A stretch of DNA of 50,323 nucleotides. Source: Thraustochytrium aureum (lineage: Eukaryota). The translations under genes and the position numbers were made by a program. Shown here one piece after another: positions 22,232-32,700 of the stretch. The stretch spans positions 33,949 to 84,271 of the forward strand of contig BLSG01000168.1 of assembly GCA_012862495.1 (NCBI GenBank). The letters are read 5' to 3'. The notes beneath the pieces are model-generated. The model did no database searches. It was not told the origin of the DNA and saw only the letters and a program-made list of their open reading frames with translations. How positions within the stretch are numbered: position 1 is the first letter of the stretch; every line of letters begins with the position of its first letter.

Positions 22232-22427
22232 CAACTTGGCAAGTCGCGATGGAGCGCTCGCGCACGACGGGATGGACAGCGCGCGACGCGCCTGAGCGCC
22301 GAGGCGCACAACTGCAGGAAACGTGTTTTCTCATAAACGAAAAGAATCGGAGCGCCCGCCAGCGCGCCATGCCCGCCCGCCCGCCCGCCCGCCCGACCTA
22401 CCTACCAGCGCCTTGTCGCGACTCTAT

Positions 22428-24945
22428 TCAGAGACCCACAGGCACCTGGGACGCCGCGAGGGCGAGAGCGACCTGCGGGACGAGCTCCTCCGTCACCATG
22501 GAAACAGGTCCGCGCGCGCCCGACCGAGCAGAGGCAGCGCAACCTGCATCACGCCGACGAGTACCCGACCCTGGCAGACGCGGTTCTCGAAGAGCGGCGC
22601 GGTGATGAGCGACAGCCCGTCCGCGTCAAGGTCGATGTTGGCGTTGAAGCGCTCGTCGTTGTATGCTTTCTCGAGGCAGATCGCAGTTGCGCAAGACGAC
22701 ACCTCGCCTGCGAGGCCCGAGTTGGCCTCGCAATGAGCCCGCTCCGCGTTCTCCAGGTCGTCTGCATCTCCAGCTTCGTGGTCAAACTCGTATGGCTTCG
22801 GGGTCGGAGCCCAATATAGGACGCGCTTGCGGCCACGTGTTCCAAGCGCGAACACCCGGCACCTCCTTGCCGTGCGAACCGTTTCCACGATGCGACGCTC
22901 TAGGGCGACCAGCAGCTCGACCTTGGCCTGCTCCGTGCGCCGGCTCGCGTTTGGCGTTCTCAGAGAGATGGCCACTCTTTCTGGGAGAGTCAGAACCGCG
23001 CGGAGCGCCAGATCGCGACTGCGAAAAGCTCCGACCTCTATCGAGTTTTGGAGCGTCCAAATAGCATTATGCCCAAGAATACTCAACGCCATCGCCTCCC
23101 CCTCTGAAAATACCCGCATCTCCACGCCTTGCGCCTTGTTCGCCACTTTGGACAGCTGCAGCACCGCCACGGGACGCAGTGAGGCGCCGAGATGATCGAG
23201 CCCGAGCTGCTCAGCAGCCATCCTGTCTTGGTCGCTCTGGCTCGCAAATATCGGGACTGTTAGCAGGCTCTGCTTCTGATGCTTTTCACGTGGGTCGAGG
23301 GGGTCGACAAACTCGCGCGACGACCCGAGGTGGTCCACCTTGGCGTTGTAGTCCGCATCGGCTTCGCCCAATACGCAATTGTTCAGCCTCGAATGCACCC
23401 CAGTCTGCGCGACACGACCTGCGATGCCGCTCCTTTGGTCTCCAGCACCGAAGGGGATGCGCACCTCCCTACCATTTCGGTGGCTTTTAGTCCAGATCTC
23501 GCCCGCCGCTTGGTCGACCACCCACATGGTCGAGTGCCGCACGCCGCGGAACAGCTTGCCGCAGACGGACCCCACCCTGTCGAAGAGGCCCACAACGTTG
23601 AGGTCGGCTAGGTCGCTGCCGCGCAGTTCAAACGAGCCGGACGCGCACCGCTCAAGCTGCTGGACGAGGTCGACCAGCTTCGCGAGTTGCTTGGACGACA
23701 GCTCGGCCTTCCCGGAGGTTGGCCCCTCTGCGCTCTTGCTGCTCTCCAGCAAACCTTCAAGCTCGAGCGCACCGACTGCCTCTTGCACAAGCGCCTGAGC
23801 GGTGCTCGTTTTCAGCTCAGGCTCAATCTCGTCGCTTTCTGTCTCAGTGGTTGCTTCCAGACAGCCGAGTTCGCTGCCCCCTGTCGGCGCTTCTGGATCC
23901 ACACTGCTCGACCTGCGTCTTGGCTTGGATTGCGAACCTGGCTTGGCTATTGCCTTGGGATCGTTGTGCTCGATTGAGCGGCTCCCACACGCGCTGCAAA
24001 CAAGACCATCAGTGGCGAAGTCGGAGAAAAGGTCAGTTCTCGCACCTTGGCCTGCAGCTTGGCCTTGTCCGCTGAGAGCGATTTGATGGTTTTTTCCGCC
24101 TTGTCCAACCGAGAGGAAACCTCACTGCGCTCGCGTGCCATCGCTGTCAGGGCGTTCTTAAACATCTCGTCGTTCGAGCCGCCCCAATCGAGCTTTGTCT
24201 TCCGCACGGCCGAGTTGGCCTTGGGGATGTCGTCCTCGACGCGCGGTCCACCAACGCGCGGCAGAGCCCCGCCATCACGGCCCTGCGTGAGCGGGAGCGC
24301 CGCGAGCGCTTCCGCGAGGCGCTCGTAGCGAAGTTTGGCCTTCGTGGCGCACGCCTCCATCGTCGTGGCGACGTGCGTCCGCACGGCAGCCTCGCGCTTC
24401 ATGTCGGCCAACTGCGAGCGAAGCAGCTCGTTCTCGCGCCGCAGCATCTCGTTCTTCTCTACCGTCGCGCGTGCCTCTTTCAACACGCGTGACGAGTCGC
24501 GCGCCGCGCCTTTGCTCACAAGGCTCCCGCCCCCTTCGAAGCTCGACAGGCTTGGGCTGTTCAGCGACACAAAGCTTCCATACGGTGCGACCCCCCACCC
24601 CTGCCCCCGCCGTGAATCATTTGAAACACTGGCTTGTTTAGCCCGAACGCCTGCGCTTTGGGGTGCGGCGTCGTCGACGGCAGCGACGGCGTTGACCCGC
24701 ACGTCTTCAAGTTGGTCGTCATCTCGCCTGCCAGCCTGGGCGCCGACCGCCGGCCTGCCCGCCTGCTTGTCAGGTCGAGCGAGTTTGGTCGAGCGAGCAC
24801 GACCTGCCCTTCGCAACCCTGCAACTACTGCCGCCAGCCTTGCCTGCTCTGCCCGCGACGCTCTGCGGACCAACACGACCGGCACGCAAAGCGAACGCGA
24901 ACCCGCGGGGAGCACGGAGCAAGTGGCCAATCGCGAACGGTCCAT
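22428..24945 (-). CDS. Coiled-coil plus tandem GAF-domain protein (PDE-type GAFs); exon junction near 23880-24045 and both termini unresolved
   Basis: GAF-A: STMWVVDQAAGEIWT...IPFG...GIAGRVAQTG...YNAKVD...SLLTVPIF...VAVLQL...FSEGE. GAF-B: SGLAGEV...AYNDERFNANIDL...LITAPLF...VGVMQV. The upstream coiled-coil ORF (23947..25026) has a donor AAG|GTGCGA at 24045. An alternative-frame tail EELVPQVALAL ends at 22428. Confidence 0.7.
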
Positions 24946-25203
24946 TTCTTTGCGAGCACACCTCTTGCGCGCCTCGCACTTTCTCGCACTTTTGCCCTGA
25001 AAAGTGTGCACAAGTCCGGCGAGCAACGGATAGTTTTGCCATGGACCTCCATCGCCTCGCCAGCAGAGCGCGGCCCGCTCAAGCGAGAGCCAGCCAGCGA
25101 GCCAGCCAGCGAGCCAGCAGCCAGCCGACGGCGGCTTTGTCTGGGATCGCCGGCGGTCTGCACGCTGCTGCTGTGACGAAGCGCAAGGAGCGCGCGCAAG
25201 TCA

Positions 25204-25872
25204 ATGACGCGCGAAGAGCGCCAGAACGTGGCGGCTGTTGTGGGGTATGTTCTGCTTGGCCTGCTCGCGGCGTTCGTGCTGGTCTTCGTGTGGGTTGTGT
25301 ACGGCGGAGGGCCTGCTGCGAGGCGCCAGCGATGGAGGCGCAGGCGAAAGATAGAGCGCGGCGAGTACGATCCGATCATGCTAGAGAAGGTCGAAGACAG
25401 CCCTGATATTGCCTTGAAGCTTTCCGTACTCGAGCGCCTTGAAAACGCCACGGTACGACGAATGAAGGTGCTCAAGGCAAAGTTTGGGGACGGGATTGAA
25501 GAGGTAAGCTCAACCAATAGGTGCGGGGCCTGGCGCCGGGTGCGCAAAGCTAACGCGGTCCGGCTGCGATTGTAGCTCGAGAGGGAGGAGGCTCGCATCG
25601 CCGACCTTGAAAGGCAGCTGCAGTACTCCAGAAGAGAAATTGTAGAGTCTGGAGATACCATCGCCATTGAGCGCCTTTTCAACCAGCGCGGCGCAGAGCT
25701 TCACCCAGAGACTTGGGACGCGACGGCAACTCGTGGACTGTTTCGAGGCCCAGAAGAATCTCCGCGGAGCTCTTCAGACCCAATTACTAGCGCACGCAGA
25801 GTCCATCCACAGCCTTCTATTGCGGAGACTGCAGTGGTTCCGCGCCTTGATTTTCGAAAGCTGCCCAAATAA
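25204..25872 (+). CDS. Single-pass membrane protein of unknown function; exons 25204-25503 and 25576-25872
   Basis: N-terminal TM segment (VAAVVGYVLLGLLAAFVLVFVWVVY) followed by a basic stop-transfer stretch. The intron GAG|GTAAGC...GCTAAC...TAG| joins in frame to LEREEARIADLERQLQY...FRKLPK*. Confidence 0.7.
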
Positions 25873-26226
25873 GAGGATGCTTGTTTCCCCCCGTTTATTG
25901 ACTGCCTCCTCGGCGTTGCTCGGCGAGACGCTCCTTGCGATGCGGTATTTGCAAGCGTTCCAGCCTGTCACCTTTCACGGATGTTCTGCTTCGACACGTG
26001 GAGCGTCAACTGTGAGTTCTACGCGCTGGGTTTAGACGGCGAGGGAGCTTCTGGCCCGCCCTACGCCGGCTTACGCGGCGCTTCGGGAAACCTGCACGTC
26101 TCTCTACTAGCCAGAGAGAGAACTCCAAACTGGACGTCTTGGCGCGCCCAACCGCAGCAGCTACAAAGCGGCTTGCTGCAGGACTGGCGCCGAAAACGGA
26201 GAGGAGCAAGCAACCCACTTCTATTT

Positions 26227-27273
26227 CTATTTGTGAACGCGAGGTATATCTACTGTGCGAAGGCCGCCGCAAACTGGTGAGGCAGCCCCAGCTGGACTTT
26301 GAGACCGCTTGGCCGAAATAGCGGCGATCTCCACCTTGCGCGACCAATCCTTGACCGCCCCCTTGAGCTCGTACATTTCGGCCTTTTGACCAACGTAGTC
26401 AAGAACATGCGGCATATCTGCGCTTTTGTCGGCCGCGTCGGCAAGCTTTCGGCCGTCGCGCTCGGCCTTGACGATCTCTGCTCCAACTTTGTTGATATCC
26501 ACGCGGATTTTCTCCAGCAGTTCCTTGCGCGCCCCAATCTCCTTTTGCAGCCAGTCCGAGTCGGCGATAAGCGTGCTGAGCTTCTTCTTGAGGTTGTTCA
26601 GCACCTGAACTGTGCTGCCGGTCGTCATTTTGAGCTTGAGGAGCTCTTGGTTGCGCTCCTCGATCTTGGCCACATACTGCTTGTTCTCGATCTGGAGCTG
26701 ATGGAAATCGATGTAGTGTAGCACGTCGCCCATCTCTTCCTTCTGCTTGAGCTGCGCGTCTACCTTTTGGATCAGGCCCTTGAGCGTGACGTTTTTGAGC
26801 CGGAGCTTTTCGATTGTCGAGTCTTTGTGCTTGAGCTTGTCTTCCATGTACCGGACCATCTTTTCGGCCATGGTCTTGCCTGTGCGGAAATTCTCAGCCC
26901 CAACGACAATGTCGCGCTTGAATTCGTACGCGTCCTTCTTGAGGTCAGCGATCCGGATGTCCGTTTCCTCTAGCACCGCCTTGAGCGTGTCCACGAGCTT
27001 TTCCGAGTTGACGCGTGTGTTTTCGATCTCCTTTTGCGACGTCTCAAACTCGGCGCTCGCGATCTCAAGCTTTTCATCGATCGTTAGCGTCGTGCGCTCG
27101 CGCACTTTGCGCCTGCGCTGCTTTGATTGCGGGTCTTCGCTCAGGCCCGGCTGGTCCTTGAACCGTGCCAAGTGCGCCGAAAAGAGGTCATTCTCCTGTT
27201 GCAGCCGCTTGTTCCCGCGCAGGAGCTCTTCCAGCTCCTCCTCCTTGGCGCTCTGCGACGCTGTGAACGCCAT
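26227..27273 (-). CDS. CCDC113: Coiled-coil domain-containing protein 113 (CFAP263, DUF4201 family)
   Basis: LKAVLEETDIRIADLKKDAYEFKRDIV, IEKLRLKN and LKQKEEMGDVLHYIDFHQLQIENKQY are characteristic of the family. Confidence 0.88.
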   Translation of the reverse strand: MAFTASQSAKEEELEELLRGNKRLQQENDLFSAHLARFKDQPGLSEDPQSKQRRRKVRERTTLTIDEKLEIASAEFETSQKEIENTRVNSEKLVDTLKAVLEETDIRIADLKKDAYEFKRDIVVGAENFRTGKTMAEKMVRYMEDKLKHKDSTIEKLRLKNVTLKGLIQKVDAQLKQKEEMGDVLHYIDFHQLQIENKQYVAKIEERNQELLKLKMTTGSTVQVLNNLKKKLSTLIADSDWLQKEIGARKELLEKIRVDINKVGAEIVKAERDGRKLADAADKSADMPHVLDYVGQKAEMYELKGAVKDWSRKVEIAAISAKRSQSPAGAASPVCGGLRTVDIPRVHK

Positions 27274-28003
27274 CTACACTCAAGCCTTCGCTCGCTGGCC
27301 CAACGCTGTCTCGCTGGCGCACGCGCGCCGCTGCGGCACACTCACGGACACGAGCTTCGACCTCGGGCGTGTGCCTGCAGCGGAGCGCCTGCCAGGCTTA
27401 CTGCCACACGCAAGGCCAGCCAGGCTCTGCCAGACCCTACCAGCACGTGTTGGCTCGGACTCTGGCTGGCGGTCGGTCGCAATCGGCCTTCGGAGCAGTT
27501 CGAGTCTGTCTGCTGCTCCGGCTCGCCGCATTGGCGTCGGGCGCGAAATGCAGAATATATCCGTTGCGCGCAAGAACTCCGCCCACGTAAGGCGTGGTTC
27601 TGGCGCCTGGAAACAAGTTGGTCTCTTTTTATCGAGGTGGTCTGCCGGGCGAGCCCCCGGGCGCGCGGGCGGGCGGGCAGGCGCCGTAGGAGGAAGCGGG
27701 CGCCTGCTTGTGGTATCTGAGCGACGCGCTGGCGACCCTCGCATTTTGCGAATAGTTGTGCAGGGCCAGGGATGTGCATGCATGCATGGCGGATGCTTGC
27801 CGCAGAGGAATCGAAGCACTGTCGCTTGTGCGACTCGAGCGACAGAACGGCCGCGAGAGGGGTGGTTGAGTACGATGCAACGCGCAACTACCAGTTTTGA
27901 ATTTTCCTCGCTCATTTACGACAGGGCCCCTGCGGCTACATCAGGCCGCCCACAGCAGAGCTACTTCTCGCACGCACGCCCGCCCGCCTGTTGGCGATAC
28001 ATG

Positions 28004-29109
28004 TCAGCCCTGAGGGGGCTTGTGCAGGATACCGTCAGGATCAACAGGATGGTCAAGTCCGAGCGCTTGGCGGGCCTCCGTCATCATGAAAACGCTCCCA
28101 CAAACAAGCGATATCGCTCTGGGGTTGCGAACCGTCGCGGACAGCGCCGCCGTGACGCTCGGCAGCACCGAGACGTCGACGTTTTTCGCACCGGGTCCCA
28201 TCTGGGTCTCGCGCCACGTTTTCGCCATGACCTCCGGATCCTGGGCTCGTGACGAAAAGGCCTTGGTGAAGATAACACGGTCGAGGAGGTCGGCATTTTC
28301 CTGCAGAACGCGAATGCAGCCCGCCACGTCTTTATCTGAGGAGAGCGCCAAAACCAGCTCGACGCTGATGGCCTCGGAGGAGTGCGATTCCGGGAGCCCG
28401 CAGCAAGCTCATCCGCGCGCGAGCGGTACGTCTCTAGTAGACGCCTGAGCGCGGGCTCGTTGTGGGCGACGTCCAAGATCGCCAGCCCGCCGGTGCCAGG
28501 GTGCGCGACGACTTCGAAGCGGCACGGCGGCCGGCAGGTGAGCGCCTCGAGCGACCTTGGGGATGTCACGCCAAGCAGGCCAAGTGCTGCTTTGGCGACG
28601 TTGATGTTCTCCTCGTCGTAATCTCGGGCGTCAGGGCGCGTCTCGCCCACTACGTGCAGCGGCGCACCGACAGACTGGCAGACTTTCGCGACAATGTCGC
28701 GCGGCACGGCCGGTCCGATGAGCATGGGCGTCCCGGGCTTGGCAATGTGCGCCTTCTCCCAAGCAATCTTCTCACGCGTGTTGCCCAAGGACGCGGCAGT
28801 GTTCGAGGCCCACGTTTGTGAGCACAGTGAGCAGCGAGTTGGAGACGACGTTGGTGGAGTCCAGCCTCCCGCCAAGGCCCACTTCGAGCACTACCGCGTC
28901 GACCTCCTCTTCGGCGAAGTACGTGAGGCCCAGCGCTGTGACGTACTCGAAGAATGTCGCTGGGATCTCATTGTCTCGCGCAGCCGCGAACACCCGAGGC
29001 AACAGCTCGACCACTCGCTCTTCGCTGATCAGCTCGCCGTTCACGCGGAACCTCTCGCGGAAGCACGACACATGGGGCAGGTGAACAGCCCTGCTTCTTG
29101 CCGTGGCCT
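28004..29109 (-). CDS. folC: Folylpolyglutamate/dihydrofolate synthase (FolC family); at least 3 apparent frameshifts; 5' end in the N gap
   Basis: PHVSCFRERFRVNG, TFFEYVTALG, AVVLEVGLGGRLDSTNV, TNVGLEH..LGNTREKIAWEKAHIAKPG, PCRFE, ILDVAHN and LVCGSVFM are spread over shifted frames. Confidence 0.9.
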
Positions 29110-29427
29110 NNNNNNNNNNNNNNNNNNNNNNNNNNNNNNNNNNNNNNNNNNNNNNNNNNNNNNNNNNNNNNNNNNNNNNNNNNNNNNNNNNNNNNNNNNN
29201 NNNNNNNNNNNNNNNNNNNNNNNNNNNNNNNNNNNNNNNNNNNNNNNNNNNNNNNNNNNNNNNNNNNNNNNNNNNNNNNNNNNNNNNNNNNNNNNNNNNN
29301 NNNNNNNNNNNNNNNNNNNNNNNNNNNNNNNNNNNNNNNNNNNNNNNNNNNNNNNNNNNNNNNNNNNNNNNNNNNNNNNNNNNNNNNNNNNNNNNNNNNN
29401 NNNNNNNNNNNNNNNNNNNNNNNNNNN

Positions 29428-29683
29428 GGGGGCGCTGCCTTAGCTGCGGCTGCACCGGCCTGCCGTCGCGCTGCGACGCGGAGGCCGCACGCTGGAGGGC
29501 TTCTTGGTCTTCTGCATGCGTGCGGTTGGCGGGTTGCTATGCCGTGCCGTGCTTGGTGAGGCGGAAGGCGCGGTCGCAACAAAGAAGGGCCTGCGCGACG
29601 AGGGGGCGCTGCCCTAGCTGCGGCTGCACCGGCCTGCCGTCGCGCTGCGACGCGGAGGCCGCACGCTGGAGGGCTTCTTGGTC
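29428..29683. repeat. 82-bp direct repeat, 2 copies (29428-29509 and 29602-29683), 1 mismatch
   Basis: GGGGGCGCTGCC(T/C)TAGCTGCGGCTGCACCGG...GGAGGGCTTCTTGGTC occurs twice, 174 bp apart; copy 1 abuts an N gap. Confidence 0.92.
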
Positions 29684-29773
29684 AAATCTAACTGCATGTG
29701 TGGTGTAGGGTACTCAGAGTGCTTGCTTCATCACTGTCAGCTTGTGCGTGCCAGTGCATGAGGGGAACTGCTA

Positions 29774-32700
29774 CTAGTCGTCCAGCTGCGTGAGCAGAGC
29801 AACGCCGCGCAGCGTCCAGTGGTCCGGGTCGTTTCGCAACGGGGATGTCGAGGGCCATGACGAACGAGCTGCTGTGGCCTGTCGTTGACAGGACTCCGCA
29901 ACGAGACGTTGTCTTGTACACCGGGCACGCGTAAACACTGCGCTGGGATGCCCCAGCATCGCTCGCCACGACGCGCTCGACGCACGGAGCAAGGCGGACG
30001 TCGTTCATTTGCGTGAAGGGCTCCTTGGGGCGTGACTCGCAGAGGGACTGCAAGGCGTCACTCCAGCGCGCGCCCTCGAGGAACAGCCCACAGACCACAA
30101 CGCCATCGCCGGGCTCTTGCACGTTGGGAGCAGCTTGTCCGTTGTCCTTGCAGAGCACCTTTGAGGCGAGCTCGACCGTGTCGATGGGAACTGCGTTCCG
30201 CCGCGCAAAATTTTGCCGAACGCTTGTCAAAAAGCTATGCGTCTGGAAGAAGGAAGAGAGCCACACCCGAGACGGAGCGCGCCCTGCGTCTACCCAGCTT
30301 TGAAAGAATTCCACGCGCTGAACGAGATCAGCGAACCACGAGTTGAGCTTCTTCCGGGTCGGATACGCGCGCCATGCCCGCGGAACCTGCGCGCTGAGCA
30401 AAGCCTCTGCAACTTGCTCCAAGTCGCCGCTCATTAGCTCTACGCCTTTTAGGGCTTTCTGGAGGCGTCGAAGCGAGGTCTCGATCTCCGCAAGCACCCC
30501 ATTGAACAACGTCAGCTCCTGCAAAAGAACCGAGCTCATGCTATCCTCGTAGGTCACTGGAAACCGTGTGCTGGCAGCTTTCAGGTCGAACGCCTTCGGG
30601 AGGGCCGACAAGATCCGCTTGGACACCTTCATCACCTCCTCCTCCGGCGAAGAGGGGGCCGACCCTGGCAATCGGCCGCCTCCGCGGCGCCAGCAGGAGC
30701 GCCGCCCCGTTTCGCAGGGCTTGCGTTCGCCGCAGATGCGCGGATGACGCTGTGCAACGTGCCAAGGAGATCTCTTGCTTCATTTTCAGCCGTAGAAATG
30801 TCGGCGTTCTCGTGGAGACCAAACAGCTCTGGCGCATCGGCGCGAGGAAGCGAATTGACGTACTCGATGAAGTGTTCAGCCGTTGAGCAGGCAGCCGGGG
30901 CATAGTATGTGCCGGACTCCGAAAATGGAAAGGCCTCCCGCTCAAGTACTCCCGGGTTATAGAGGCTCGCCAGAATGCTGTTGAGCGTGCGCCTGTCGAA
31001 CGCCTCCGTGACACGACCACCATAGTTGCACTCGCCGCACATGTACCGCAGCGTCTCGAACGGGACAGCAGGCAGCTCGACGAATTGGCAGAGTTGCGCT
31101 GCCGAGATGGCCAAGTCAGACGCATTAAAGTCATAGAGCTTGTTCCATCCGAGCGAACCAAACTTGCGGCGTTCTTGCACACTGGCGTGGAAAAACATTA
31201 GCGCAAAGAGCAGCTTGCCTAGCTCTCGGGGGCGCGAGCTTGAAGCGAGCTTTTCGTCAATGCCGAGCGCGGCAATGCTGGCCAGCAGATTGGCACGGAC
31301 CCCACGAGGCGGCTCATTCGTTACTTTGATCCCATTCTGAAGGACTTGGACGGGGAACGCCGCGCTCGGCTTCGAGGTGAGCCAAAGACGAAAATCTGGG
31401 TTTGTGCGCTCCGGGACGATTCTTTCGCAGGTGCGCTGAAGAGCCCCCATCCAGCTCACGCACAGATGCAAGTTTTGGAGCACAACCCAGGTGCCGTTGT
31501 CGATGGCCTCTGCAATAGCGCGCTCGGCGATAGCACCTTGACCTTGTCCCATCGAAATTACGAATTGCCGCCGACCCAGGCTCTCCCCAAGCTTGGTGAC
31601 CTCCACCATGGGGTCCACGCCAGGGCTCAGGATGAAGATAATTGGGGCCGTGCAGCTGGACGCGCGGTAGATAGCTGCTAGATCGAATGCTGGTGGGTCC
31701 ACAAAGCGGCGGCCCATCTTGCTTGCGACGAGCTCGCGCATCGCACCCGAAAGCTTGTCGGGGCGCAGAATCCGAACAACAAGCAAGCGCTGGAGCTCAC
31801 TCGCTTCGGGCAATAGCTCGCGTAGGCGCTCCACAGGCTCCTTGGTGACAAAAACCTCCCTGAACGCGTCCAGCTCCTCCACAAACGTGGCTGCAAAGTT
31901 CCCAAGACGAGGCTGGGCTGCCCTTCGGCCCTTCCAAAGCGCGTCCAGGCCCTCTACGTCGAGCCAGGCCCTGCTGCTGACCCACTCCCTCGCCGCTTCG
32001 GGGATTTCTCGCGCTGCGGCCAAGGCAGTCGACCCCAGCAAGAGAAAGTCAAGCTCGGCCCTCTGCAAGCTGCCCTCTTCCTCGAGGAGACGCACCGTGA
32101 GCAGGAAGGAGAAGAGGAGCTTGTCCTTCTCAAACAGCGAGCGACACACGTTCGAGTAAAGCGAAAACGTGAAATTCTCCACGAGCTGCGCTCGTCGCCC
32201 GGCCGCCACCAACTCCTCTGGTGTTGCATCGCTGACAAGCCCGTGGTGGCTGGCCGCTACAGTCCCTGCAGTGTCAGTCGACACGGCTGGCCCAAAGTTC
32301 TCCTCAAGCTCGTCCACGCACCGAAGAAAAAGGCTCACAAACCACTCCAGAGAATACTGGTACATCGGATCGACGTTGGCGAGGTCTGCGACGCAAAAGT
32401 AGAGCAGGCGCGCGCGCGAGGCGACTGCTCGGTATGCGCCGCGTGCTCGCGCATTTTTCCTGTGCATCTTGGCTGACACCAGCATTCGCTGCTCGATCTG
32501 GAACGCCGTTTGCTTGGCAGCTGAGAGCGCATCAATGAGAACCTCATCTTCCAGAATGTCTCCTTTCGAAGTCGCGAGAAGTTCAAGAATGCGGGTCTCG
32601 AGAAAGTCCAGCTGCTCTTCATGCTGGGCGCTCTCGACGACGAGGCGGTTGCGCACGTCTTCCAGCTGGGGCTCCTCCTTGGCAACGACAATGTTTAGCA

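Noticed and set aside
26747..28252. Long antisense ORFs (e.g. 501 aa at 26747, 405 aa at 48890, 386 aa at 9512)
   Set aside because: They are shadow ORFs opposite real genes in GC-rich sequence, with no domain content.
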